Shown here: piece by piece, positions 22,093 through 32,350 of the stretch | Position numbering within the stretch: position 1 is the first letter of the stretch | How the letters are laid out: each line of letters opens with the position of its first letter | Position numbers and translations under genes: made by a program | Assembly (NCBI GenBank): GCA_963702405.1 | Contig: CAVPCM010000001.1 | Span: forward strand, 121,320 to 185,319 | Length of the DNA stretch: 64,000 nucleotides | Origin: an uncultured Actinomycetota bacterium | GTDB lineage: Bacteria; Actinomycetota; UBA4738; HRBIN12 | Direction: 5' to 3' | The notes under the pieces: model-generated | Told to the model about the DNA's origin: nothing | Databases searched by the model: none | What the model saw: only the letters and a program-made list of their open reading frames with translations

Positions 22093-22492
22093 GCAGGATG
22101 GGGCTGGTGCGGACCGGCCGCCTGCTCGAGCTGCGCCAGCGAAGCGGTGCGATCCACCGCCGCGGAGGCGTCGCTGAGGCGCCCGCGACCACTACCCGAC
22201 GAGCATTGGCTAGGCTCGATCGTCCGACCGGTCTCGTGCGTGGATCACCCGGTGTGGAGTGGGAAGTGTTGCACGAGGCGGTGTGCCTCGCAAACGAACG
22301 CTGAGTGAACACGCGTCCGCCGCGTCTCGCTGGACTCTCGGGTGTAGACGACGCGGCTTCGTCTCATGCGGATGCCGTAACCCGCATAGACGACCGCAAA
22401 GCACTCGCGCACGTGGCGAGGCCCGGTGTGCCACGGCAGCCGCCCGCCTTACGACCCGATGATCGTCGCTCTCCTCGCGGCTCTCGCCACCT

Positions 22493-22856
22493 CTAGACCT
22501 CGGCGAGCGCCTGGGACTTCAGGCGCTCGTACTCCTCCGACGAGATGTCCCCCGATGCCTTGAGCTTCGACAGCTTCTCGATCTCGTCAGCGGGCGAGTA
22601 GCCGGACGCGCGTTGCTGCGCGGCCTGCATGCGCTGGATGTCCTCACGACCTGCTCGGTCATCTTCGGGCGAGCGATCAAGAGATCAGGGCACCCAGGAA
22701 AGGAAGAACGAACAACAGGATGATCCAGCCAGCCTTCCCTGCGCCGGACAGGTCGCGTCGGTGGAAGATGTCCGCGAAGATCTGGATGAAGATCCAGATC
22801 GCCATGAACCAGAAAAAGAAGACGAGCATGCCCCACAAGAATTCACCGAGGTTCAA
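22493..22856 (-). CDS. PLDc_N + SHOCT domain small membrane protein (frameshifted)
   Basis: TTG start; MNLGEFLWGMLVFFFWFMAIWIFIQIFADIFHRRDLSG...; C-terminal 'ADEIEKLSKLKASGDISSEEYERLK'; paralog of 63585-63950. Confidence 0.8.
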
Positions 22857-22939
22857 CTCCTCTACCTCCTTCCCGGATGCGTCACCCGGGTCGTCGTTCC
22901 TTGGGTCAGCTCATTTAGCCACGACGACCGCATCCGGCA

Positions 22940-22956
22940 TCATCCTGATGGGATGA
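22940..22956 (-). promoter_or_regulatory. Palindrome box TCATCC-TGATG-GGATGA
   Basis: Perfect match, upstream of the PLDc_N-SHOCT gene. Confidence 0.85.
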
Positions 22957-23106
22957 AGTCAGGTCTCCTCGCCGTAAGCATGTTCCGCTCGGGCGTCCGA
23001 GCCCCGTCCTGCTTGGCCGTCGTGGCCATCCGCATCCGTCATCTGTACTCAGCAGGCTGCCCGCGAGCGAGCGCCGGCGCGTTGGAGGCTCTCGCCACCA
23101 ACTCGG

Positions 23107-23497
23107 CTATTCGGAGACGATGTCCCTTCCGTGTGCGGTCAACGCCCAGATCACCGTGACATCAACCGCGATGACCACGATCGACCAGATCGGATAGGGG
23201 GATGAAGGCGAAGGCCACGAGCATGCTTCCAGCTGCGCCGATGACTCCCAAAGTCCGCCCCCAGAGCGACCCTTGTAGGACGCCGAACCCCCCGATCAGC
23301 ACGAGCACGCCCCAGATGAGGTGGATCCATCCCCACGCGGAGGCGTCGAACTCCAGGAAGTAGTTCGGGGTCCTCACGTAGAACTCGTTCTCGAAGATCC
23401 CGGTGAGCCCGGCGATGATCTGGAACGATCCGTTGATCATCAGCATGATCGCCGCGAACATCGAGAAGCCGACCGCCACACCGCTCTTCCGTTCCAT
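23107..23497 (-). CDS. DUF7144-like 4-TM membrane protein (frameshift near 23195)
   Basis: 'FAAIMLMING.FQIIAGL', 'WGWIHLIWG'; the tail 'DVTVIWALTAHGRDI' is in another frame. Confidence 0.8.
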
Positions 23498-23561
23498 CCC
23501 TTCCCCTTTCCAGACAGCTCAATTGCGTTCCCGAAGGTAGCCACCGCGGTCGCGGCAGACA

Positions 23562-23578
23562 TCATCCGGTTGGGATGA
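23562..23578 (-). promoter_or_regulatory. Palindrome box TCATCC-GGTTG-GGATGA with -10 TACCTT (23539-23534)
   Basis: Perfect match; a TANNNT hexamer ends 28 nt downstream on the minus strand. Confidence 0.85.
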
Positions 23579-23828
23579 GAGTTCGGGTTCGCTGTTGCTC
23601 GATCCCCAGGATCTGCTTCTTCTTCGCCGCGAACTCCTCTTCCGTGAGGATGCCCTGCTCTTTCATCTGGGCGAGCTGCTGGAGCTCGGCCATCTCGTCC
23701 TGCGGGGCGGGAGCGGCGGCCGGCGGTGGTACGGCGGCCGGCGGTGGAGCTTGCGGCTCCATCTGACTCGCCATCCGTCTCGACGTGCGCCGTGCGGTCC
23801 GCCTCGCGACCCTTCTCCCCGGCATCAT
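23562..23828 (-). CDS. SHOCT domain protein with Arg-rich N-terminus (true stop probably near 23600)
   Basis: MMPGRRVARRTARRTSRR...'ELQQLAQMKEQGILTEEEFAAKKKQILGI'; RBS AAAGGAGG. Confidence 0.8.
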   Translation of the reverse strand: MMPGRRVARRTARRTSRRMASQMEPQAPPPAAVPPPAAAPAPQDEMAELQQLAQMKEQGILTEEEFAAKKKQILGIEQQRTRTLIPTG

Positions 23829-23853
23829 GAGCGTTCCTCCTTTCGATGATCGA

Positions 23854-24395
23854 CTACGTGGACGATTGCGACCTGGCTTCGGCAGCCGCGAGCGCTTCGG
23901 CCTCCGCGGAGACGAGGGCCCCACCTCCACGAGGTCGAGCGGGCTGATGAAGCTCTCGGCGATGCGGAAGCCTCCGGCACGCATGACGGCGTCCGGAGCC
24001 CATCGCCCATCGATGCTCGAGCAGGATGAGCGCAGCGGCGGCGTCGTTCGGTAGCTCCTCGAGGACATCCACGCCTCCTCCTCGGAGAACACGTCGACAC
24101 CGTCGGAGGCGGCCTCGGCGCCGGCCATCGCGCCGGCCACCATGCCCTCCTCACCCGCCGCTCCGAGGCCCAAGAGCCCGCCAACAACGGCCCCGAACTC
24201 CTCCGCCTCGTCCTTCGAGAGCTGACTCCCCTTGAGGGCGACCACCTCGCCGTTCGCGTCCTTGTAGACGACGAGCGCGTCGATCACGCGCACCATGTCG
24301 CTGCCCCGCAACCTCTCGAGCTCATCGACGATCTCGCCCTGGAAATCGGGCTTGTCGAACCCGAGGGCGATCGGCTGTACGGGTCCGATGGCCAC
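23854..24395 (-). CDS. DUF6325/DUF1269-like protein (frameshifted)
   Basis: 'MAIGPVQ...F.GEIVDELERL...RVIDALVVYKD', 'AAALILLEHRWA'. Confidence 0.75.
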
Positions 24396-24539
24396 TCGCC
24401 TCTCCTTCCGCCGTCGCTACGTCACTTGCTTCGCGCCAGCGAAGAACTCGAGCGCGACCTTCAGCGATCCCTGCGTGCCCGGGGCATGCCCGTGTTCATC
24501 TGCTCTCGATGATGTTCCGGTCTCGGCCACCGCCGTGCA

Positions 24540-24556
24540 TCGTCCGATGTGGATGA
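24540..24556 (-). promoter_or_regulatory. Palindrome box TCGTCC-GATGT-GGATGA (weaker copy at 24496-24512)
   Basis: One mismatch; the 25-nt context is nearly identical to the box at 27042; GAACAT hexamer at the +28 position. Confidence 0.75.
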
Positions 24557-24808
24557 TTCATCGAGCTGCGGGATGTCGCCCGCCTCGTGCAAGCGTGAGC
24601 GTGGGTGAGCGTCAGGGGCGGCCGAAAAGACCTGCGCCACAACCGAGAGTAGTATCGTCCCGTGGTCGTCTCGATGATCCCGTCGGCGACCCTACCGAGA
24701 TCCCTCTATCGATGTTCAGTCCGAAGAGGACCGACATGACGTTGAATCAGAGGAACCGAGCTTCCCGAACCTCGACCACTTCCGGTCGCACGATAAGGAG
24801 GAGTAGTG

Positions 24809-25710
24809 ATGACGCGACGTGAACGCATCCTGAAGCGACTTCTCGTCGAGCCCGGCACACCGGCCGGGTTGGCGCAACGGGATACCGCCTGGAAGGGAGG
24901 CGAGGAGTTCGAGCAGCTCTCGGAGGAGAAGCTGAAGGGCACCGCGAAGGCGGTAGCGAGCCAGGGTGTGAAGGAGCTCTCGGACGCCCAGGAGCTCCTG
25001 TGGGCGAGCGATCGGTTCGCGCTCCTCGTCGTGTTCCAGGCCCTCGACGCCGCCGGGAAGGACTCGACGATCGAGCACGTGATGTCGGGCGTCAACCCGC
25101 AAGGGGTGCAGGTGGTGTCCTTCAGGCAACCATCGAGCGAAGACCTGGACCACGATTTCCTCTGGCGCATCAACAAGGCGCTCCCCGAGCGGGGCCGGAT
25201 CGGATCTTCAACCGCTCACACTACGAGGAGGTCGTGGCACTCCCAGTGCACTCGGAGTGGCTCGAGGGGCAGAAGCTGCCACCCGGGCCGCGCGGGATGG
25301 CGTTCTGGAAGGGACGGTATGACGACATCAACGCGTTCGAGCGGCACTTGGAGCGGAGCGGCACGAAGATCGTGAAATTCTTCCTGCACGTCTCGAAGGC
25401 TGAGCAGAAGCGTCGGTTCCTCGCCCGACTGGACACGCCCGGCAAGGAGTGGAAGTTCAAGGCATCCGACGTGGCCGAGCGTGCCTACTGGGACGAGAAC
25501 ATGCGGGCGTTCGAGGACGCGATCACGGCGACCTCGAAGGCGTGGGCCCCGTGGTACGTGATCCCCGCCGACCACAAGCAGGTCATGCAGGCGATGGTGG
25601 CGCGGATCCTCGTTGACGCTGTCCGGTCGCTCGACCTTTCATGGCCAGAGGTATCCGACGAGGACCGCGCCAAGCACGCCGAGGCCCGCCGGCAGCTCGC
25701 GGCCGAGTGA
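24809..25710 (+). CDS. ppk2: Polyphosphate kinase 2 family (frameshift near 25200)
   Basis: '[10 protein letters not shown]', 'SGVNPQG', 'DHDFLWR', '[10 protein letters not shown]', 'KFFLHVSK', '[11 protein letters not shown]'. Confidence 0.9.
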
Positions 25711-25901
25711 GCAGCGTCCTCTCCGGGCGATCATTGGCGAGGCAGTGCGCAGGGTGGGGAGACCTCAGATCCGGGAGGTCGTGATACGTCAGCCCAAGAC
25801 CAGGCCGTCGTATGGCTCCGATGGCGCTGGATCGGGGAGTCGCATCATCCGGACGCGAACGTTGGAGGGATCGTGAGCTGCGATGCCATCATCCAGGGTC
25901 C

Positions 25902-26117
25902 TCAGGCCCTCGAGATGCTCGAGGAGACGCAAGCGGGCGAGCCGCCAGGAATCGGACACACGTAGAGACGCACCTTCGCTCGGTCGAACAGAGCCCACTC
26001 CTCCATCGCCACCCTATGGATCGTTCGTGGGTCAACCTCCAGCCCGAACTCGTCGGTCAGCCACTTGATCACGACGAGCAGCTCCTCCTCCCCCTCCGTG
26101 TACTGCTCCATCGCCAT
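25902..26117 (-). CDS. Small three-helix-bundle (DUF3562-like) protein, 3' end uncertain
   Basis: 'WLTDEFG...TIHRVAMEEWALFDRAKVRLYV'. Confidence 0.5.
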   Translation of the reverse strand: MAMEQYTEGEEELLVVIKWLTDEFGLEVDPRTIHRVAMEEWALFDRAKVRLYVCPIPGGSPACVSSSISRA

Positions 26118-26187
26118 AGCTGCCCCCCCGGTGGGCACGAACACGGCTGCTGGAGTGGCGGTCCAGCACTCAAGTCCGTCACCTTGA

Positions 26188-26948
26188 TCAGTTTTGCGCG
26201 GCCCCCGCGAAGAACTCGAGTGCCGTCTTCGTCTTCGTCTGCTGCTTCCCCTCGAGATCGACGCCGATGCCGGTGAGGAACGCCCTCGCCTCGGCAGAGA
26301 CCTGGAACGCGTCCGACGGTGCTGCCTTCGTGGACAGCTCGACGATCTGGGAACCGTCCGGATACAGCCACAGCTCCCCTACGAGCCGGCGCCCGAATCC
26401 CTTCGGCTTGATCTTCAGCTTGAGCGTCGGGATCGGCCCGAGCACGGAGAGCTGGTCGAGCTCGAGACCGTCAGGTGCGTGGGCGGCGTAGAACGCTCGC
26501 TGCCCCTTCGAGAAGAGCTTGCGGATGGAGCGCTGGCCTGCGGCGACTTCCCGGATCTCGCCGTTGTCCGCCGACCCCTTGAACGACGCGGAGCACACGA
26601 AACCACCTGGCATCGCGTCCACCTCGACGTTGAAAGTCTTGGAACGGCGGAGCTCCTCCGGGAGCTCGGCGGGCACGACCGGGCGGAGCTTGATGACCGT
26701 GTCGGCCTCCTCGCCCTGCCGACGCCGGGCCCGAACGACGACTCCGGCGCGGTTGAGTGCGAGGTCTGGGGTGTCGAAGAAGAAGACCTGCCTCATCTGC
26801 GCGTCAGTGGATCGACGCCCAAGGCGGCGGCGGTCCCGGCTCGAGCACTTTCAGGCAGCGTGAGCTTGAGCTCCACGCTGTCGGCGTCGCGCACGAGGTC
26901 GAGTAGTCGCTGGAGCTCGGTCCCTGAGATCTGTGTCCGACCGGCCAT
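26188..26948 (-). CDS. CYTH-like (triphosphate tunnel) protein, of the type often annotated 'adenylate cyclase' (frameshift near 26805)
   Basis: RBS AAGGAGG; 'DSVELKLT', 'RQVFFFDTPDL.L...GVVVRARR', 'VIKLRP', 'ELSTK'. Confidence 0.8.
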
Positions 26949-27041
26949 CCTTACCTCCTTCTGGACGCTTCGTGCGTACCCGAGGCACGCCGAGCGCCTA
27001 CCCGACCCCGGTCATGTTCGGGTCCCTTCGCCGGCCAAGCA

Positions 27042-27058
27042 TCATCCGATGTGGATGA
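27042..27058 (-). promoter_or_regulatory. Palindrome box TCATCC-GATGT-GGATGA
   Basis: Perfect match, between the antiporter stop and the CYTH start; GAACAT at the +28 position. Confidence 0.85.
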
Positions 27059-27059
27059 T

Positions 27060-28340
27060 TCATTCCTCCAAGCGAGGGTCAGTCGCGACACTCCTCCTCC
27101 GGATCCGCGGCTCCGGAGCCTCGGCGAGCTCTGGGATGTCGCCCACCGCGTACAAGCGGTGGCCGTAGGCGGATGCGAAGGGGCCCGCCGAGAGGCCGTG
27201 GGCCACGACCGAGAGCATGATCGTCCACGTGGCGATCTCCACGATGGCATCGGCGATGGGGCCGGCGCCGTGGAGTTCCTCGACCGCGATCAGCGTGAAA
27301 ACGACCGATGCGAGGCCACGCGGGCCGAACCATCCCATGAACGCGACGGTGTCCCGGCGCAGTCCCGCGCCTGCCAGGGCGGCGGCGACCGGCACCATCC
27401 GTACGAGAGTGAGGCTGACCACCGCGTAGAGGATCGCGACCAGGTCGATTTCGCCGGTGATCACGGGGCCGACGAAGAGCGCTCCGAACACGGTCCAAAC
27501 GAAGAACGAAGCGAAGAGCCCCAACGTCTCGGTGAACTCGACCGGCTCGTGCATCCGCGACGAGGTGGAGGCGCCGAACAGGAGGCCACCCACGAACGCG
27601 GCCACGAAACCATTGCCACCGATCGCGACGGCGCCCACGTACGCGAGGAGCGAAAGGGCCAGAACCACGAGCTGCTCCGAGATCTCAGATGTCCAGCCAA
27701 GCCGACGCGCGACCATCACCAGCTTGCCCCCGAGGACGCCGACCGCAACCGCGACCACGAGCGCGAGACCGATCTCCTTCGCCGCTTCGGCTGCCCAGTG
27801 ACCGGATCCGACACCCTCTTCCGCGATCACCAAGGTGAGGAACAGGGTGACGAAGGGTGTCGCGATCCCGTCGTTGAGGCCGCTCTCGACGTTCAGTGCT
27901 CGCCGGATCCTGGCCGGTACAGTGGGGTTGGTCACGACGGCCAACCCGAGGGCGGCGTCTGTTGGGGCCAGGATCGACGCGACGAGCGCGGCCGCGGCCC
28001 ATCCCGCCTCGGGGAAGAGCAGCCTCGCTGCCACGGTCCCGAGAGCCATCGTGAGCGGTAAGCCGACGAGCAGCAGCCGAACGGGCATGAGCGCGTCGCC
28101 CTCCACCTCGCGCAGCCGAACGGTCGCGGCGTCCGCGAAGAGCAGCACTCCGAGGGTGAGCTCCGTGATGACGAGCGTCGTCTCGTTGTCGAGGCCCGGC
28201 AGAACGCCCACTCCACTCGGACCGAGCAGCAGGCCGGTCACGACGAAGAAGATCGGTGCCGTGATGAGGGACCGCTCGAGTCGCGAGGCGAAGAGCCCGT
28301 ACACGACGAACACGGCCACCAGAGCCGTGGCCCCGCTCAC
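27060..28340 (-). CDS. Na+(K+)/H+ antiporter, CPA1/NhaP-like
   Basis: 'LAPTDAAL', 'LNVESGLNDG', 'GWFGPRGLAS'. Confidence 0.9.
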   Translation of the reverse strand: MSGATALVAVFVVYGLFASRLERSLITAPIFFVVTGLLLGPSGVGVLPGLDNETTLVITELTLGVLLFADAATVRLREVEGDALMPVRLLLVGLPLTMALGTVAARLLFPEAGWAAAALVASILAPTDAALGLAVVTNPTVPARIRRALNVESGLNDGIATPFVTLFLTLVIAEEGVGSGHWAAEAAKEIGLALVVAVAVGVLGGKLVMVARRLGWTSEISEQLVVLALSLLAYVGAVAIGGNGFVAAFVGGLLFGASTSSRMHEPVEFTETLGLFASFFVWTVFGALFVGPVITGEIDLVAILYAVVSLTLVRMVPVAAALAGAGLRRDTVAFMGWFGPRGLASVVFTLIAVEELHGAGPIADAIVEIATWTIMLSVVAHGLSAGPFASAYGHRLYAVGDIPELAEAPEPRIRRRSVATDPRLEE

Positions 28341-29012
28341 CGTCGACCATCCGGTGGTTGGGCAGTCGTCTCAGTACCTGGGGCGTCGCGAGACCCCAGG
28401 AGGGCGTGCGCGCGGCCGCGCCCGCGGACCGCTTGCATGATGAGAAACGTGCCGCTCGCCGGCGCCCAGACGCCAACGGTAATCATCACGCCCCGAGACG
28501 CCGAGTCGGTCGCGATGAGCAGGAGCCCGTTCCCAACTCCAAGACGCCCAGGATCAGTCCGCCGGTCGACCAACGGTGTCCCGTGCGGCGTTCGATCTCG
28601 AATGCCCCCACGAGTCGAAGTGTGCCCATCGCCACGGCGGCGACCCCAAGGATGTTGATCATCCTCACCGGCGAGACAACCCCGGCGAGGAACTCGCGAA
28701 GCGCGACCAACGACGCGGCGGTGATCGCGACCACACTTGCGACCGCGGCGAGTCGGAACCCGATGGAGGGGCGGACCGCCCATGCGAGCTGCAGCGTCAC
28801 CACGCCACCGGCGAGCCGTACAGGGCGAGGAACGTCGCGAGCCGTTCGGGAGAGCCGCGCGCGAGAAGCGCGGACAACCCAAGGACGAGCGCGATCCCTC
28901 CTCGGATGATGCCGCTCCACCAGAACCGGACAACATGGGACGCGAGCTCGCTCCGACGCTTGAGCTGCTCCTGATCAGGGTCGCCGTCGCTCGTGTGCTG
29001 ACTCGGCATCAT
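28337..29012 (-). CDS. HdeD/DUF308-like membrane protein (frameshifted)
   Basis: 'FWWSGIIRGGIALVLG...LATFLALY', then repeated TM hairpins 'ILGVAAVAMG', 'VGVWA..SG'. Confidence 0.6.
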
Positions 29013-29102
29013 CTCGCCACCCACCCCACGCCGCCACCGGATGAGTCCCGTCCCCTCGGGGCGCCGCGCACGAACGGTAGCCCAGGCCACACCCTCCCCG
29101 CC

Positions 29103-29119
29103 TCATCCCACGTGGGTGA
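29103..29119 (-). promoter_or_regulatory. Palindrome box TCATCC-CACGT-GGGTGA with -10 TACCGT (29079-29074)
   Basis: Perfect match; TANNNT ends 29 nt downstream on the minus strand. Confidence 0.85.
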
Positions 29120-29142
29120 AGTTCTGAAGGCGCGGGCCGACT

Positions 29143-29159
29143 TCATCCCTTCTGGATGA
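29143..29159 (+). promoter_or_regulatory. Palindrome box TCATCC-CTTCT-GGATGA with -10 TACGCT (29182-29187)
   Basis: Perfect match; TANNNT ends 28 nt downstream on the plus strand. Confidence 0.85.
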
Positions 29160-29250
29160 GGCCCGAGATCCGGTCGCACCCTACGCTTCGGCTCGCGGTG
29201 GACTCGCACCGTTCGCCGGACGATGCCCCGAGGCCCCGAAGGAGAGAGAC

Positions 29251-29715
29251 GTGGACGATGAAACCGATCTGGATGAGCTAGGCCCCGTCGACTGGATCGT
29301 TGTCGAGTTCCCGGGAAGCAAGTTCAACGGGGAGATCGCCCCTGCTCTGGCGGACCTCGTGGAACGCGATCTCATCCGTGTGCTCGACCTCCTCATCCTG
29401 AAGAAGGAATCCGACGGCACCCTAGAAGCATTCGAGCTCTCCGACCTCGACGAGGCAGAGGTCGGTGGGCTCCGCTCGCACGAGTCGGAGCTTGCGATGC
29501 TCCTCAGTGAGGAGGACGTGACCGCGGTTGCCGCGGCGGTCGAGCCGGGGAGCTCGGCTGCGGTGTTGGTCTGGGAGAACACGTGGGCCGCGCCGTTCGG
29601 ATCGGCGGTGCGCCGAGCTGGCGGCCAACTCGTGGCCAGCGGCCGTATCCCCATCCAGGCGATGCTGGCCGTGATCGAGGCCGACGAAGAAGACGACGAC
29701 CAAGAGGAGGCGTGA
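29251..29715 (+). CDS. DUF6325 family protein
   Basis: 'LGPVDWIVVEFPG', 'IRVLDLLILKK..DG', 'PGSSAAVLVWENTWAAPF', 'GRIP'. Confidence 0.85.
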   Translation: MDDETDLDELGPVDWIVVEFPGSKFNGEIAPALADLVERDLIRVLDLLILKKESDGTLEAFELSDLDEAEVGGLRSHESELAMLLSEEDVTAVAAAVEPGSSAAVLVWENTWAAPFGSAVRRAGGQLVASGRIPIQAMLAVIEADEEDDDQEEA

Positions 29716-29716
29716 C

Positions 29717-29854
29717 ATGGGACTCGCACGACGACGGGTGCGGCGCGCAGCCGTGATCGGTCCGGCGCCCGTGGCCCGGACCGCGGCCACGGTTGCCACA
29801 GCTGCGGTGGTGACGAGCGGCGTCCGACGCCGCAGCCGCCGCCGCCGCCGCTGA
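29717..29854 (+). CDS. 45-aa Arg-rich small protein (not in ORF track)
   Basis: RBS GAGGAGG; MGLARRRVRRAAVIGPAPVARTAATVATAAVVTSGVRRRSRRRRR*; resembles the N-terminus of the SHOCT protein at 59441. Confidence 0.7.
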   Translation: MGLARRRVRRAAVIGPAPVARTAATVATAAVVTSGVRRRSRRRRR

Positions 29855-29894
29855 GGGTGGATCGCACCCTCGCTCTTCGAAAGGAGCACTCTTG

Positions 29895-32260
29895 ATGGCG
29901 CAGGACCGTAAGGTCGGACGTGATGTTCTCCCAATCCCCGACCGCCCGTTTGAAGGGCTCATCACCTACGACGCGAAAGACCCGACACAGCGTTCCCTCC
30001 GATCCAGCCCCTTCGGCCGCCGGAGGGCGCTCCCAACGTCCTGATCGTCCTGATCGATGACACAGGATTCGGCTCCTCGAGCGCGTTCGGTGGTCCGTGC
30101 AACACGCCGACGGCGGAGCGGCTGGCCGCGAACGGGCTGAAGTACAACCGCTTCCACACAACCGCCCTCTGCTCGCCCACCCGCCAGGCCCTGCTCACCG
30201 GCCGCAACCACCACGCGGTGGGCATGGGCGGGATCACCGAGATCGCGACGTCGGCGCCGGGGTACAACTCGATGCGTCCCAACTCCGCCGCGCCGCTCGC
30301 GGAGATCCTGAAGCTGAACGGCTACTCGACCGCGCAGTTCGGCAAGTGCCACGAGGTCCCTGTCTGGGAGACGAGCCCGATGGGTCCCTTCGACCGCTGG
30401 CCGTCGGGCGGAGGCGGGTTCGAGCACTTCTACGGGTTCCTCGGCGGCGAGACCAACCAGTACGCCCCCGCGATCTTCGACGGCACCACCCCGGTCGAAC
30501 AGGAGCGGAGCCCTGAAGAGGGCTATCACTTCACCGAGGACATCGCAGATCGCGCGATCGCCTGGGTGCGTCAGCAGAAGGCGCTCATGCCCGACAAGCC
30601 GTTCTTCATGTACTTCGCGCCGGGGGCGACGCACGCTCCCCACCACGTCCCCGTCGAGTGGTCGGCGAAGTACCGGGGCGTCTTCGACGATGGGTGGGAC
30701 GCGCTCCGCGAGCGGACGTTCGCGCGCCAGAAGGAGCTCGGCGTCATCCCACCCGGGGCGGAGCTCACCCCCCGGCCGGCCGAGATCCCCTCGTGGGACG
30801 AGATGCCCGCGGAGCTGAAGCCCGTTCTGTCCCGCCAGATGGAGGTCTTCGCCGGCTTCCTGGAGCACACCGACCACCACGTAGGGCGTTTGGTCGATGC
30901 GCTCGAGGACCTCGAGGTGCTCGGCGATACGCTTGTGTACTACATCATCGGGGACAACGGGGCCTCCGCGGAGGGCACGGTCAACGGGTCCTTCAACGAG
31001 CTGTTGATGTTGAACGGCGCCGCGGCCCTCGAGACCCCCGAGTTCATGGCTGCTCGCGTCGATGCTTTCGGGACACCGGCGGCGTACAACCACTACGCCG
31101 TGGGCTGGGCCCACGCGATGGACGCCCCGTACCAATGGACGAAGCAGGTCGCGTCCCACTGGGGCGGAACCCGGAACGGCACGATCGTCCACTGGCCGAA
31201 CGGGTTCAAGGCACGTGGCGAGACCAGGACGCACTTCAGCCACGTGATCGACGTAGCGGCGACGGTCCTCGACGCCGCGGGTCTGCCCGAGCCGACTTAC
31301 GTGCACGGTGTGCAGCAGATGCCGATGCACGGGGTCAGCATGGCGCCGACGTTCGAGGCGGCGGACGCGCCCGAGTTCCGCGAGACGCAGTACTTCGAGA
31401 TGTTCGTCAACCGTGGCATCTACCACAGGGGCTGGACGGCGGTCACCCGGCACAGCACCCCGTGGGTCATCGCGCCCATGTCGGCCCTCGACGACGACGT
31501 TTGGGAACTCTACGGGCCCGACGATTGGACGCAGTCGAACGACCTCGCCGCCTCGAACCCGGACAAGCTGCACGAGCTCCAACGCCTCTTCCTGATCGAG
31601 GCGGTCAGTACAAGGTCCTCCCGCTCGACGACCGCCGCGTCGAACGGTTCAACCCGGACATAGCGGGTCGACCGACGCTCATCCGTGGCCGGTCGCAGCT
31701 GTTGTTCGAAGGGATGGGACGTCTCACCGAGAACGTCGTCCTCGCGCTCAAGAACAAATCGCACGCGATCTCAGCGCAGATCGAGGTGCCCGACGGCGGC
31801 GCGAACGGCGTGATCCTGTCGCAGGGAGGGGCGTTCGGCGGGTTCGCCCTGTACCTGCATGAAGGCAAGCCCAGCTATTGCTACAACCTGTTCGGCCTGC
31901 AGCGTTTCAAGGTCTACGGTGAGTCGCCGGTCCCGCCGGGCGGGCACCAGCTTCGGATGGAATTCGCGTACGACGGCGGTGGCCTTGCCAAGGGCGGCTC
32001 GGTCACCCTCTACCTCGACGGCGCCCCAGGTGGGCGAAGGTCGCGTCGAAGGGACGGTGCCCATGATCTTCTCGACGGACGAGACGACGGACGTCGGAGC
32101 AGACAGCGCCACCCCCGTGAGCGATGACTACGGCCCCACGGGCAACGCGTTCACCGGACGGGTCCGCTGGGTGCAACTGGACATCGACGAGGCGGCCGAG
32201 GATCTCGACCACCTGATCTCACCCGAGGAGCGCCTGCGGATCGCGATGGCTCGCCAATAG
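29895..32260 (+). CDS. Arylsulfatase (AtsA/AtsD-like) with C-terminal domain; frameshifts near 29985, 31605, 32030
   Basis: 'APNVLIVLIDDTGFG', FGly motif 'LCSPTRQALLTGRNHH', 'GDNGAS', C-terminal 'ERLRIAMARQ'. Confidence 0.9.
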
Positions 32261-32350
32261 CGGAACGGATGTTCGAGGGGAAGTCGCCTCGCCATCTGCT
32301 CGACTCGGTTCCCGTGGCATCATCGTGAGCCGGGACCGCGGGAGGTCGGT

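Noticed and set aside
25842..25861. Half-site GCATCATCC
   Set aside because: No right half, no -10, and it lies between convergent gene ends.
26188..26948. Adenylate cyclase / cAMP signalling system
   Set aside because: A CYTH fold alone does not imply cyclase activity, and no cNMP-binding effector is seen in the window.
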